DNA of 64,000 nt from an uncultured Bacillota bacterium. GTDB lineage: Bacteria; Bacillota_I; Bacilli_A; RFN20; CAG-826. Position numbers and translations under genes: made by a program. Positions 8,789 to 19,027 of the stretch are shown piece after piece; the stretch's first letter is position 1; each line of letters opens with the position of its first letter. The stretch lies in NCBI GenBank assembly GCA_937876465.1, contig CALEHV010000044.1, positions 9,841 through 73,840 of the forward strand, in the 5' to 3' direction. The notes beneath the pieces were generated by a model. The model searched no databases. It saw only the letters and a list, made by a program, of their open reading frames with translations, and was not told where the DNA came from.

Positions 8789-11700
8789 ATGGGAAATTCT
8801 TTATCAACAGAATTATCTTTCAGAGAAAAACTTGCAAATAAGTTTGCCTTTTTAAAAGACATTCATTGTTTGTTTTATTTTGTACTTTTATTAATTGGTG
8901 TTGGTTTAGGATTTTTTGGTTACGCTTTATTTACTCAGAGATTTACAACTCCATATTCTGGAGATTTTGCTCAACAAGCCTATCAAGCTTATTATGATTT
9001 CTACGATGATTGGTGGACTTTCTTTAGAACAGGTAAGTTTCCTTTCTTTGATACCAATACTTTTTTAGGAGCAGACAACGTTGCTGCTAATACGTACTAT
9101 GGCCTTTTTTCGCCATTTACACTTCCAATTCTTTTTGTTCCAAGAAACTTCATTCCTCAAATGATGGCTATAGTCAGTATTGCTAGACTTGTAGTTGGAG
9201 GATTGCTCTTTAGAGTTTACTTAAAATATTTAGGTGCTAGCGAAAGAAGTGCGAGATTATTTGCCATTGCATATGCATTCACTGGTTGGATGGCATATTA
9301 CTTGTGGTTTAATCCATTTTACGAAGTAATGACTTTCTTCCCTTTAATAATGTTTGGTATTGAAAAAGTTATTAAAGAAAGAAAAATTTGGGCTGTCACA
9401 CTCGGCTTTTTCCTATTAGGTATTTCTAACTACTTCTTCCTTTTAACCGCCGGAGTATTTGGAGTTATTTACGCAGGTTTTAGATATTTCCAAACATTAA
9501 AGCAAAGAAACGTTAAAGAAAATCTTCTTGTAATTCTTTATGGCTTCTTAGGTTTCTTATTTGGCTTTGGTATGACAATGTTTTGTGTGTTACCGGCCGT
9601 TTTATCTAGTTTCTCTATAAATAGAGCAACAGAATCAAAGTATTTGCCTACATTGATAGAAGCATTTAAAAGCGGCAATTTACAACAAGCTTTCAAAATC
9701 ATTTTTACATGTTGGCGTGGAGATGTTGTTACCGGAACCGACTATAATGCTTACAAGTTCTCTTTTGCGTTTCCATTAGCAGAATATTTCTTCCCACCAA
9801 TATCGGATAGATTTGTTAATGTAATGCATTATCAATATTTCGAAAACACCGGATCCAGCATCTTTATCTATACCCCATGTATGATTTTGTTTGGATGTTC
9901 CATTTATCGTTCGTTTAAGAACAAGAAGATTTCACATTTTATAGCAATAATTCTTGGAACAGCATGCTTGTTTATTCCTTTCCTATATTTCCTTTGTGGT
10001 GCATTCGTAACTGCATACGGAAGATGGGAAATTGTTATCCCAATAATGATTTATGCTTACCTCGCTCTGAACTACGATCATTTGGATGAAATTAAGAGAC
10101 CTGTTGTAATTGTTTCTGGTGCACTCACTTGTGCTTGCATGATGGGAACCATTTTCTTAGCAAAGGCTGTTATCTCAACTTATGAGAATTTCTTAGACTT
10201 TGGCGAAGTGGTTTATATGATTATCTACGAAGTCGTTTTATGCGCTGCAGAAACCGCTCTATTTGCAGGCCTTTGGAAGAAAAAAAGCTTGCATCTCTCC
10301 ATTAAATTAACATTAATTGGCGAAATTATTGTTGTAGGAACATTAGTTGCAAACATCCACTGTTTACAAGACATTGATACCTCTGTTGGAGGTGGAATGC
10401 CATATGTCGAAATGGAAAGTGCTTTGGTTCAAAGAATTAACGAAATTGATAACTCTTACTTTAGAGTTCATAACTCAAGAGCATATGATGGGAATTTCAA
10501 TGTTCAAATGTTAGAAAACTATAACGGACTCGCTTGTTTCCATAGCTTCTATAACAACGATGTAGATGATTTCTTAAGATTCTCGCAAATAATGATGCAA
10601 GATTATTCATGGACAGGTGGCGATTTCTTTAAACGTGCCAACTTAGATGAATTCCTTGGAGTTAAGTACTACATTTCTAAAGATAGCGAAATGACTTTCT
10701 ACTATCCTGATGCAAACGGAAATATGCAACCTGTTGTATTTGATTTCAATGTTCCATTAAATTACGAAAAGATTGATAGCGGAGTCGAAGGCTATTCATT
10801 ATATAGAAACACACAACAGATTGAATTAGGTACTTCATACGACACAATTTATTACAAACGTAATTGTTCTGAAGGAATAGGAAATGCGTTCTATCCAGGT
10901 GGTAGTGCAGAAGCACTTATTCGTAACGAAGAAGCATACTTTAAGGGTGCGATCTTAAATGATGCTGATGTCTATGACATCCACGATACATATGGAGACA
11001 TCTTCTCTTATGAAGAAGCACCATCTATTTATTCTATGGATGCTATTAAAGTTAATTATGAAACTGAAGGCGTTTATAGAAACAAAGATAACAATTATTT
11101 TGATCCTCTCGACCCATATAGGGATATAAATGAAGATTGCAGAATTGCTGATCCAAACAATCCTGGCGATCCTATAAATAGAATTCAGATTTCATTTAAA
11201 CCTACTGGAAGTGAATATTTCCCATTAGGTGCTGAAGGATCTTATTACATGTTTGACTATCCAATTAGAGGCTGGAGCCGTGATTATAATGCAACAGTTT
11301 ATTTGATTGGCGAAGATGATTTAGGAAATCCAAAAGTAATAACATTTGATAACACAAGAAACGGTTATAGGGACAATTCAAAGTGTGTTAGAGCTTTATA
11401 TTCTAAAGAAAAAGTAAAACGTATTATTGTTTGCGTTGACGGAAACGCATTCTATTGGAGAGCTACTTCACCATATAGTCCTGAACAACTTATTAAGTTG
11501 TATTATGAACCATTTGAAAATGTTTCCGCACGTTTCCAAAAAGCAATTGATAATGGTTTGCAAAATATTGCATATGATGTGAATCGTTATACATTCTCAA
11601 CAAATTATTCTTCAAATCGTTTTGTTATTACTCAATTAGCTCATACAAAAGGTTGGAAGGTTGTCGGAACCGATTCAAATGGAGTAAAGCATAACCTTAA

Positions 11701-11887
11701 AACATATAATGCTCAAGGTGGATTTGTAGGGTTTGTTGCTCTTAAAGGTAACGCTACATATGAGATGACATATGCAACACCTAACTTTAATAAAGGATTG
11801 CTTATTAGTGTTTGTTCATTTATTGGTGCAGTTGGTTTATCGGTTGTAACTGCAGTAATTCAAAATAAAAAGAAAAAAGAGATATAA
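8789..11887 (+). CDS. YfhO-family large membrane protein (putative glycosyltransferase for cell-envelope polymer glycosylation)
   Basis: 1032 aa. About 12 N-terminal TM helices are followed by a large extracytoplasmic domain and one C-terminal TM, and the YfhO-like N-terminal region (..TPYSGDFAQQ..FFDTNTFLGADN..YYGLFSPF) is present. Confidence 0.7.
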   Translation: MGNSLSTELSFREKLANKFAFLKDIHCLFYFVLLLIGVGLGFFGYALFTQRFTTPYSGDFAQQAYQAYYDFYDDWWTFFRTGKFPFFDTNTFLGADNVAANTYYGLFSPFTLPILFVPRNFIPQMMAIVSIARLVVGGLLFRVYLKYLGASERSARLFAIAYAFTGWMAYYLWFNPFYEVMTFFPLIMFGIEKVIKERKIWAVTLGFFLLGISNYFFLLTAGVFGVIYAGFRYFQTLKQRNVKENLLVILYGFLGFLFGFGMTMFCVLPAVLSSFSINRATESKYLPTLIEAFKSGNLQQAFKIIFTCWRGDVVTGTDYNAYKFSFAFPLAEYFFPPISDRFVNVMHYQYFENTGSSIFIYTPCMILFGCSIYRSFKNKKISHFIAIILGTACLFIPFLYFLCGAFVTAYGRWEIVIPIMIYAYLALNYDHLDEIKRPVVIVSGALTCACMMGTIFLAKAVISTYENFLDFGEVVYMIIYEVVLCAAETALFAGLWKKKSLHLSIKLTLIGEIIVVGTLVANIHCLQDIDTSVGGGMPYVEMESALVQRINEIDNSYFRVHNSRAYDGNFNVQMLENYNGLACFHSFYNNDVDDFLRFSQIMMQDYSWTGGDFFKRANLDEFLGVKYYISKDSEMTFYYPDANGNMQPVVFDFNVPLNYEKIDSGVEGYSLYRNTQQIELGTSYDTIYYKRNCSEGIGNAFYPGGSAEALIRNEEAYFKGAILNDADVYDIHDTYGDIFSYEEAPSIYSMDAIKVNYETEGVYRNKDNNYFDPLDPYRDINEDCRIADPNNPGDPINRIQISFKPTGSEYFPLGAEGSYYMFDYPIRGWSRDYNATVYLIGEDDLGNPKVITFDNTRNGYRDNSKCVRALYSKEKVKRIIVCVDGNAFYWRATSPYSPEQLIKLYYEPFENVSARFQKAIDNGLQNIAYDVNRYTFSTNYSSNRFVITQLAHTKGWKVVGTDSNGVKHNLKTYNAQGGFVGFVALKGNATYEMTYATPNFNKGLLISVCSFIGAVGLSVVTAVIQNKKKKEI

Positions 11888-11899
11888 AATATCTCTTTT
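11876..11899. terminator. bidirectional terminator between convergent yfhO-like gene and rsmI
   Basis: Palindrome aaagagata-taaaa-tatctcttt with A/T runs on both sides; it overlaps both stop codons. Confidence 0.6.
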
Positions 11900-12743
11900 A
11901 TTTGTGGTATGTTTCGTAAACTTTGCTTTTTCGAATATTTTTATCTTCGCTAACTTTTTTAATTGCGTCTTTAGCAGATAATCCGTTATTGATAAGTTCG
12001 TCTACTAATTTTTTAATGTCTTCATCTTTTAATTCAGTTTGAATTTCTTTTGGACATCCTTCAACAATTATCACCATTTCTCCCTTAAGCGTTTCAGGAT
12101 CAATTTGAACTAGTTCTTCTAGTGTTCCGCGGATGTACTCCTCATGTAATTTTGTTAATTCCCTAGCAATACAAGCATTACGGTTTCCTAATACATCTAG
12201 AAGAGATTTAACGATTTTATCTATTCGATGAGGAGCCTCGTAGAATATTAAAGTTTCTTTTTTGGATTTAAGTTCTGACAATTCATCTTTTCTTTCTTTT
12301 TCCTTAGGACTTAAAAATCCGTGGAAATAGAAATGGTCACATGGTAAACCTGATGCAACTAAAGCATTTAAACCTGCATTAGGACCGCTAATAGTTGAAA
12401 CATTAATTCCTGCTTCAATAGCGAGCTTAACAAGCTTTGCTCCTGGGTCAGAAATGCAAGGATATCCTGCATCAGACATATAAACAACTTTTGTTCCTGA
12501 AAGAATCTTAGGAATTAAGTTTTGAGCCTCGTTTACTTCGTTATGCTCTCTAAGAGAGACTGTTTGTTTTGATATACCTAAATAAGAAAGTAATTTGCCT
12601 GTTACTCTAGTATCTTCGCAGGCAATGATATCCGCGTCTTTAATTACTTCAATTGCTCTTGGTGAAATATCTCCAAGATTACCTATTGGAGTGGCGACTA
12701 AATAGATTAATGGTTTTGATTTATCAAAATTTAATGATCTCAT
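11898..12743 (-). CDS. rsmI: 16S rRNA (cytidine1402-2'-O)-methyltransferase
   Basis: N-terminus LYLVATPIGNLGDISPRAIEVIKDADIIACEDTR is typical of RsmI (tetrapyrrole-methylase fold). It sits in the conserved position next to yaaT/holB. Confidence 0.9.
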   Translation of the reverse strand: MRSLNFDKSKPLIYLVATPIGNLGDISPRAIEVIKDADIIACEDTRVTGKLLSYLGISKQTVSLREHNEVNEAQNLIPKILSGTKVVYMSDAGYPCISDPGAKLVKLAIEAGINVSTISGPNAGLNALVASGLPCDHFYFHGFLSPKEKERKDELSELKSKKETLIFYEAPHRIDKIVKSLLDVLGNRNACIARELTKLHEEYIRGTLEELVQIDPETLKGEMVIIVEGCPKEIQTELKDEDIKKLVDELINNGLSAKDAIKKVSEDKNIRKSKVYETYHK

Positions 12744-13564
12744 TTTTCTACTTTCTTAATCATTTGGTAGTCTTTTAAATCTTTAAGTGGAACGAATTCA
12801 ATGTCTTCTTCGTTTTCAAGTTTTACAACTCTAGAAAGAACGTTGATACCTGTAACTTTATAAATAACATCGTTTTTCTTGAATTGAGTTCCCATATAAG
12901 GGAAGTCTTTTTTGAGTTCTGTATAAGCGTCATCTTCGTATAAAAGACAGCAAATTAATTTGCCACAGTGACCACTTAATTTAGGAATGTTTAAAGATAA
13001 CATTTGGTTTTTGGCTCTATTAATAGAGATTCCTTCCATACTAGTAAGGAAAGTGGTACAGCAAAGTGGTAAACCACACATACCAATTCCACCAACCATT
13101 TTAGCTTTATCTCTAGAGCCTACTTGTCTTAATTCGATTCTGCAGTGAAATTTAGATGCAAGAACTTTTAAAAGTTCTCTGAAGTCAACACGATCATCTG
13201 CAACATACACAATAACCAATTTGCTTCCATCTAAGGCATATTCAGCGTCAATAGGGCGCATTTCAAGACCGAGCTTATTAATTTCTTCCATAGCAATTTT
13301 CATTGCTTCAGCGCTCTTTTTAATGTTTGTTTGATAAATAAGCAAATCATCATCACTAGCTCTTCTGATTAATGGCTTAAGCTCTAATTGGCTTTTGTAT
13401 TTTTTAATATTAATTAATTCTGTAGCTACAACACCAACTTGAAGTCCTCTAACGGATTCGGCGACAATTTTGTCGCCAATCTTAAGATCATCGATATCGG
13501 TGCCAAAGAAATAAGCTTTTCCTGAGCTAGAGAATTTGATTCCAACATAATATTTAGGATTCAT
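12740..13564 (-). CDS. ricT: PSP1-domain protein (YaaT/RicT-like)
   Basis: PSP1 C-terminal region with the cysteine cluster GMCGLPLCC..HCGKLICCLLYE; conserved synteny holB-yaaT-rsmI. Confidence 0.85.
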   Translation of the reverse strand: MNPKYYVGIKFSSSGKAYFFGTDIDDLKIGDKIVAESVRGLQVGVVATELINIKKYKSQLELKPLIRRASDDDLLIYQTNIKKSAEAMKIAMEEINKLGLEMRPIDAEYALDGSKLVIVYVADDRVDFRELLKVLASKFHCRIELRQVGSRDKAKMVGGIGMCGLPLCCTTFLTSMEGISINRAKNQMLSLNIPKLSGHCGKLICCLLYEDDAYTELKKDFPYMGTQFKKNDVIYKVTGINVLSRVVKLENEEDIEFVPLKDLKDYQMIKKVEK

Positions 13565-13566
13565 AT

Positions 13567-14547
13567 TTATTTCTCCTTTGCTATTTCATAAGCAATGTGG
13601 TCGAGAAGAAGACCGCGATTAACGTTCAACGATAATTTACTTATCGAAGACATAATTACATATAGGTCATCATCGACATGTTTTAACTTATTTTTCAATT
13701 CGTTTAGGTCATTTATAAGACTTAACAGAACAATATTTTCATAAACATCAACATTTAATATGTCTTGGAATAAAATTCCAAGTATTTTTAAGTATAATTT
13801 TGCAATATTGTTATCACCTAATTTAGGTGTGATGTAACTTTGATTAACATATATTGCTTCATCGGTGCTAATTTTAAGAGCTTCGATGAATGATAATAAG
13901 CAGTCTTTGACTGTTTGATATTCTTTAGAAGCTACTTTTTCTTTGATGCTTTCACCATCACTATAGAACGAACATAATAATTCAGCATCTAATTGTCCTA
14001 CTCCGCATCTTACTGCGTCTTGAATAACATCGTTTTTAGGTAAAGCCTTGAAACGAAGAATTTGAGATCTAGACATAATTGTTGGCAATATTTTTGATTC
14101 GTTTTCTGTGGTTAAGAAAGCATAAATATTATTATCTGGTTCTTCTAAGAATTTTAGAAGAGAGTTTACTGCTACAGCAGTCATATTTTCTACTAAATGT
14201 AGAACATAAATCATTATTCCTTTGGAATTGTGAGAAGTTTTTTCAAACTCATTCATTAATTCCTCGATATCGCCAGTTTTTATAGTTTCTTCTGAACCAT
14301 CGATGATGGCAATATCAGGATAAGAACCAGAATCGATTGCTAAGCAAGTCATACATGAGTCGCATGCAAGCGGAGACGGGTTATCACACACTATAGATTT
14401 TGCTAAATAAATAGCAGAATCTTTCAAGCGCATGCCTGGAGCACCAGAGAGCAAGTAGGCATGTGAAAGATGATCGCTTTTCAAAGCGTTAATAAAGGTT
14501 TTATAAATAACCGATTGATATTGTTCTAAATAATCCTTTACTTGCAT
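13567..14547 (-). CDS. holB: DNA polymerase III delta' subunit
   Basis: AAA+-like N-terminus lacking an intact P-loop (LLSGAPGMRLKD), a Cys-rich insert (CDNPSPLACDSCMTC) and SRSQ (sensor) in ILPTIMSRSQ. It sits between tmk and yaaT. Confidence 0.85.
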   Translation of the reverse strand: MQVKDYLEQYQSVIYKTFINALKSDHLSHAYLLSGAPGMRLKDSAIYLAKSIVCDNPSPLACDSCMTCLAIDSGSYPDIAIIDGSEETIKTGDIEELMNEFEKTSHNSKGIMIYVLHLVENMTAVAVNSLLKFLEEPDNNIYAFLTTENESKILPTIMSRSQILRFKALPKNDVIQDAVRCGVGQLDAELLCSFYSDGESIKEKVASKEYQTVKDCLLSFIEALKISTDEAIYVNQSYITPKLGDNNIAKLYLKILGILFQDILNVDVYENIVLLSLINDLNELKNKLKHVDDDLYVIMSSISKLSLNVNRGLLLDHIAYEIAKEK

Positions 14548-15164
14548 TGAGCTAATCTATCTTTAATTGCTTTATAAGCATCATTAACAACCTCATCGAA
14601 AGATTTTGATGCATCTAAAACGACATATCTATCAGGGAAACGTTTTGCTAAATCTAAGAATGTTCTTCTTACGCTTTTATGGAATTCAATTTTCTCTAAA
14701 TCGAGACGATTGACTTCTCTATTTTTGTTTGCTGCAATACGTGCTAAACCTATCTCGGGTTCAAGGTCAAATAAAAGTGTTAATTCTGGAAAATAACCGT
14801 CAGTTGCAAACATATTTAATGCTAAGACCCTATCAATTCCAAGTCCTCTAGCACCACCTTGATATGCAAGTGATGAGTCAATAAATCTATCTGAGATAAC
14901 GATTTTTCCTTCTTTTGATAAAGGCCAAACTTTTTCAACTAAGTGTTGTCTACGACTAGCAGCATAAAGTAATGCTTCAGTCATACTATCCATTTTTGTA
15001 TTTGCTTTGTCTAAGATAACGTTGCGGATTTCCTCTGCAATTGGAGTTCCTCCAGGTTCTCTTGTCAAAATAACTTCCAAGCCTTCTTTTTCTAAAAGTT
15101 CAGTAACGCGTTTTGTGACGCTTGATTTTCCTGATCCTTCTGGACCTTCAATAGTAACAAACAT
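14538..15164 (-). CDS. tmk: thymidylate kinase
   Basis: P-loop FVTIEGPEGSGKSS, DRF motif (SDRFIDSSLAYQG) and a LID region. Confidence 0.95.
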   Translation of the reverse strand: MFVTIEGPEGSGKSSVTKRVTELLEKEGLEVILTREPGGTPIAEEIRNVILDKANTKMDSMTEALLYAASRRQHLVEKVWPLSKEGKIVISDRFIDSSLAYQGGARGLGIDRVLALNMFATDGYFPELTLLFDLEPEIGLARIAANKNREVNRLDLEKIEFHKSVRRTFLDLAKRFPDRYVVLDASKSFDEVVNDAYKAIKDRLAQCK

Positions 15165-15176
15165 ATATTTCCCCCA

Positions 15177-15773
15177 TTAAATTTTCTTTCTTCCTTCTAA
15201 GGCTTTTGACAAAGTCAAAGAGTCTGCGTATTCTAGGTGCCCGCCCATAGGAAGACCATAAGCGAGACGTGAAACATTAATGCTCTTTGATTCAAGGATT
15301 TTAGCGATATATAAAGCAGTTGTTTCACCTTCTACAGTAGGATTGGTAGCAAGGATAACTTCAGTTACTTTATCTTTTTCAATTCTCTTTAAAAGAGCAT
15401 CGATTGTAAGATCTTCAACACCAACCCCGTTAATAGCGGATAAAACTCCGCCAAGAACATGGTATGAGCCGTTGAACGTTCTTAATTTTTCAAAACCTAA
15501 AATATCTTTTGAATCTGAAACAACGATAATTTTTGTTTTGTCTCTATTTGGATCTTTGCAGATATCACAGATATCGTCTTCGGTATAATTTCCACAAATA
15601 GGACATTTATGAACGTTGTTTTTAACCGCTATCAAAGCATCAGAAAAATCCTGAATTGCTTCTTTTTTCATTTGCAAAACAGAATAAGCCATTTTTTCAG
15701 CAGATTTACGGCCTACGCCAGGTAATCTTTGAAAAGAATCGGCTAAAATTGAGATGCTTTTTAGTTCTTTCAT
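15177..15773 (-). CDS. recR: recombination protein RecR
   Basis: HhH N-terminus (LPGVGRKSAEKMA), C4 zinc finger CPICGN..CDIC and a Toprim domain (IIVVSDSKD). Confidence 0.95.
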   Translation of the reverse strand: MKELKSISILADSFQRLPGVGRKSAEKMAYSVLQMKKEAIQDFSDALIAVKNNVHKCPICGNYTEDDICDICKDPNRDKTKIIVVSDSKDILGFEKLRTFNGSYHVLGGVLSAINGVGVEDLTIDALLKRIEKDKVTEVILATNPTVEGETTALYIAKILESKSINVSRLAYGLPMGGHLEYADSLTLSKALEGRKKI

Positions 15774-15776
15774 TAA

Positions 15777-16076
15777 TTAGAACATTCCTCCAGAACGTCC
15801 TGTGATTGCTTCGCTTGCAGCATTCATTTCTTCATCGATTTTTTCGCAAGCTTCATTGACTGCCATAACAATCATTTCTTCAATCATTTCTTTGTTTTCT
15901 TCTGAAAGTGCATCTTTATCGATATCGACTAATTTGAGTTCTTTGCTGCCCATAACGATAACAGTTACTGCACCACCTTTTGAAACTTTAAATTCTTTAG
16001 CTCTAATAGCATCTTGTGCTTTTTGTAATTCTCTTTGCATCTTTTGTGCTTGAGCTACTAATTGTTGCATGTTCAT
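15777..16076 (-). CDS. ybaB: YbaB/EbfC nucleoid-associated protein
   Basis: 99 aa. MQQLVAQAQKMQRELQKAQ is a typical N-terminus, and it lies in the conserved dnaX-ybaB-recR order. Confidence 0.9.
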   Translation of the reverse strand: MNMQQLVAQAQKMQRELQKAQDAIRAKEFKVSKGGAVTVIVMGSKELKLVDIDKDALSEENKEMIEEMIVMAVNEACEKIDEEMNAASEAITGRSGGMF

Positions 16077-16077
16077 A

Positions 16078-17814
16078 TTACTTTAATTCCTCCATGTTAA
16101 TTTCAATACCATCTATATTTGGCAATTTAGAAATTTGATTCAAATTGCTGAATAACTTTGTTAATTGAACTTTCTTATCTACATCAATAGAGTAAACAAG
16201 ATAATCGTGTCCAAATACTCTAGAGATAACATAGTTAATTGCTTCTTGATTTGCTTTAATGTTTGCTTTGTCAACATCCTTTGGCAAATTGAAATATAAG
16301 ATTAATATTTGATCGCCAATAACCCAAGGCATACTGTTTTGTAGCAAAGCTACAGTCTCACCAATATTTGGATCAAATATATAATTGCTTAATTCCCTCC
16401 AACGAGTTGCAAGTTCAATTCTTTCTTCTTTGTGTTTTGTTCCAAGAACAAGTAACTTGATTAACAAATCATCATCGAAGTTATACTTTTCTCCTTCATC
16501 TACTAATGCGTTCACATCAATATGTTCGTCAAAAACAGATGGCTTTTGAGGTTCAACAGGTTTAACTTCTTCAACAACAACCGGTTCAGGTTTTGGTTCC
16601 TCAATCTTAATCTCTTCTTTAGGTTGCTCAACAATAGGTTCAATCTTAATTTCAGGTTTAACTTCTTGTTGTACAACTGGAGCTGGAGCAGGTTTCGGCT
16701 CGCTAACCGGTTTAGCAATTTCCTTCTGAACATTTATTGAATCTGCGGTGCAAAGTTCAAGAACTTTAACCTCGAACATTGCTTTAATATCGTTAACAAC
16801 TTTATAGCTTGTTTGTGCCTTCATTAAAGCGTTAATCATCGTTATAACTTTAATATCATTAAACTCAGTTAAAGTTTCAGCGGCAGTAATTTCATCTAAA
16901 ACAGTTAAACAAGATTCGTCTTTAGTTCTAGAGAAAATAAGAATGTCTTTTAGGATATCCAATAAATCATTTGTTAAACGTTTAATGTCTACCCCGCCTT
17001 CTGAGAAAGCGTTAATTTTGCTTAGACAAGTGTTGATATCGCCGCGATTAATTGCTTTCAAGAAATTAACCTTTTCTTCAATTGATGTAAGACCAAACAA
17101 CAAGTTAACATCTTCAACTTTGATGGTGTTACCACTATAAGCTAATACTTGATCAAGAATTGACAAAGCGTCACGAACGCCTCCATCTGCAAGAGAAATA
17201 ATCAAACCTAATGCAGTTGGATCATAAGTAACTTTTTCTTTATCAAGAATTTCGGTCATCCTTGTGTAAATATCTGCATTACTTACTTTTGTAAAATCAT
17301 ATCTTTGGCAACGAGAAATAATTGTTGGAAGAATTGAATGTGGTTCAGTAGTTGCAAGAATAAATACAACATATTCAGGTGGTTCTTCTAATGTTTTAAG
17401 CAAAGCGTTAAATGCTTCTGCGGAAAGCATATGAACTTCGTCAATAATGTATATTTTCTTCTTACCCTTGATTGGAAGATAATTAACTCTGCTAATTAAG
17501 TTACGAGCTTGCTCGATACCTCTATTACTTGCAGCATCAATTTCAATTACATCAGGATGTGAACCTTCTGTAATATCAACACAGTTTGAGCATTTATTGC
17601 ATTGGCAGCCTTGTCCTTCTTCACAGTTAAGAGCTTTAGCAAACAATCTTGCCATAGTTGTCTTTCCTGTTCCACGAGGACCGCAAAAAAGATAAGCATG
17701 GGCAACTTTGTTGAGCTTCAATGCGTTCTTCAATGTTTTAATAATATGCTTTTGACCAGCTACTTCTTCAAAAGTTTGAGGTCTATATGTTCTGTATAAT
17801 GCTTTATATGCCAT
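16078..17814 (-). CDS. dnaX: DNA polymerase III gamma/tau subunit
   Basis: YRPQTFEEVAGQ, Walker A GPRGTGKTT, zinc module CQCNKCSNC and SRCQ. It contains a P/E/K/V-rich linker encoded at about 16520-16700. Confidence 0.95.
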   Translation of the reverse strand: MAYKALYRTYRPQTFEEVAGQKHIIKTLKNALKLNKVAHAYLFCGPRGTGKTTMARLFAKALNCEEGQGCQCNKCSNCVDITEGSHPDVIEIDAASNRGIEQARNLISRVNYLPIKGKKKIYIIDEVHMLSAEAFNALLKTLEEPPEYVVFILATTEPHSILPTIISRCQRYDFTKVSNADIYTRMTEILDKEKVTYDPTALGLIISLADGGVRDALSILDQVLAYSGNTIKVEDVNLLFGLTSIEEKVNFLKAINRGDINTCLSKINAFSEGGVDIKRLTNDLLDILKDILIFSRTKDESCLTVLDEITAAETLTEFNDIKVITMINALMKAQTSYKVVNDIKAMFEVKVLELCTADSINVQKEIAKPVSEPKPAPAPVVQQEVKPEIKIEPIVEQPKEEIKIEEPKPEPVVVEEVKPVEPQKPSVFDEHIDVNALVDEGEKYNFDDDLLIKLLVLGTKHKEERIELATRWRELSNYIFDPNIGETVALLQNSMPWVIGDQILILYFNLPKDVDKANIKANQEAINYVISRVFGHDYLVYSIDVDKKVQLTKLFSNLNQISKLPNIDGIEINMEELK

Positions 17815-17910
17815 AATTAATTACCGATTTTGATTATACTATTTTTGTTAGTTTCTTAAAAGCGAAAATGTCTTCTTTTAATATATTATTAACTTATGCC
17901 TTCTAACTCT

Positions 17911-17938
17911 TTATGAAAAAGTCTAAGTATGCTATAAT
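17911..17938 (+). promoter_or_regulatory. candidate sigma-A promoter for prfA operon
   Basis: ttatga (17911-16), a 16-nt spacer, then an extended -10 tgctataat (17930-38). Its position implies a very short leader, which argues against the GTG at 17941 as the start. Confidence 0.4.
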
Positions 17939-17940
17939 TC

Positions 17941-19026
17941 GTGGCGATTATGGAAACAAGTATGTTAAAAAGACTTGAAGCATCAAAAGTCAGACTTCAA
18001 GAAATCGACAAAGAATTATGTGACGAAAATGTAACTAGGGATATTAAAAGATTCCGCGAAATTTCACGTGAAAGAAAATATCTTGAACCAATTGTTGAGA
18101 GTTACGAAAAGTATATTAAATTACAAAACGATTTTGATGACACCGAATTGCTTATTGCTGATTCAGATCCATCAATGGTTGAATTTGGACACGAAGAACG
18201 TAAGAGATTAGGTGAAGAAATTGATAAGTTAGTTGAAGAAACAAAAGTGTTACTTTTGCCTAAAGATCCAGATGATGACAAAAATATAATTGTTGAGATT
18301 AGAGGCGCTGCAGGAGGAAACGAAGGGAACATCTTTGCTGGTGACCTTTTCAGAATGTATGTTCGTTATGCTGAAACACAAGGATGGAAGATTCAAATGA
18401 TTGATGAAAGTCCATCAGAAGCAGGCGGATATTCAAACGTATCTTTCATGATTAAAGGTGAAGGTGCTTATTCAAAATTAAAATTTGAAAGTGGTGCTCA
18501 TCGTGTTCAACGTGTTCCGAAAACTGAAGCATCAGGTAGAATTCACACCTCAACAGCTACAGTTTTAGTTATGCCTGAAGCAGAAGAAATCGATGTAGAA
18601 ATCAATATGGCTGATGTCCAAGTTGATACTTATCGTTCACAAGGCGCTGGCGGACAAAACGTTAATAAAACAGAATCAGCTGTTCGTATGACACATATTC
18701 CAACAGGTGTTGTTGTTTCTTGCCAAACAGAAAAATCTCAAATCCAAAATAGAGAAATCTGTATGCAAATGCTTAGAGCAAAGATTTATGCAAAGATGCA
18801 AGAAGAACAACAAGAGAAAATTGGTAATGAAAGGAAATTAAAAGTTGGTACAGGCGAGAGAAGTGAAAAGATTAGGACTTATAACTATCCTCAAAACCGT
18901 GTTACCGATCACCGTGTAGGTTTTACAATTCAAAAACTTGATCGTGTTATGGAAGGCGACTTAGAAGAAGTTTTAGAAGCTTTGATTCACTACGATCAAG
19001 AAATGAAGATGCTTAACGAGCATTAA
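17941..19026 (+). CDS. prfA: peptide chain release factor 1
   Basis: GGQ motif ([11 protein letters not shown]) and RF1-type PxT tripeptide (VPKTE). The likely true start is the ATG at 17962 (MLKRLE.., the usual RF1 N-terminus). Confidence 0.95.
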   Translation: MAIMETSMLKRLEASKVRLQEIDKELCDENVTRDIKRFREISRERKYLEPIVESYEKYIKLQNDFDDTELLIADSDPSMVEFGHEERKRLGEEIDKLVEETKVLLLPKDPDDDKNIIVEIRGAAGGNEGNIFAGDLFRMYVRYAETQGWKIQMIDESPSEAGGYSNVSFMIKGEGAYSKLKFESGAHRVQRVPKTEASGRIHTSTATVLVMPEAEEIDVEINMADVQVDTYRSQGAGGQNVNKTESAVRMTHIPTGVVVSCQTEKSQIQNREICMQMLRAKIYAKMQEEQQEKIGNERKLKVGTGERSEKIRTYNYPQNRVTDHRVGFTIQKLDRVMEGDLEEVLEALIHYDQEMKMLNEH

Positions 19027-19027
19027 G

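Noticed and set aside
8583-8855. ORF 8583-8855 (+) spanning the P-II gene end and the yfhO-like gene start
   Set aside because: It crosses a clear intrinsic terminator (8723-8750) and overlaps two better-supported genes out of frame.
16512-16740. ORFs 16512-16733 (minus) and 16522-16740 (plus) within dnaX
   Set aside because: These are frame artefacts of the P/E/K/V-rich linker of DnaX and are fully contained in a confidently called gene.
16078-17814. Programmed -1 frameshift in dnaX (gamma/tau) as in E. coli
   Set aside because: I found no A AAA AAG-type slippery heptamer with a downstream hairpin on the coding strand. There is no evidence for two products.
17815-17940. Expected SRP RNA (ffs/scRNA) upstream of dnaX, as in many Firmicutes
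   Set aside because: Only about 125 nt of AT-rich sequence lies here, without the conserved GGAA-tetraloop / AGCAGC domain IV or any stable helix. I read it as a divergent promoter region only.
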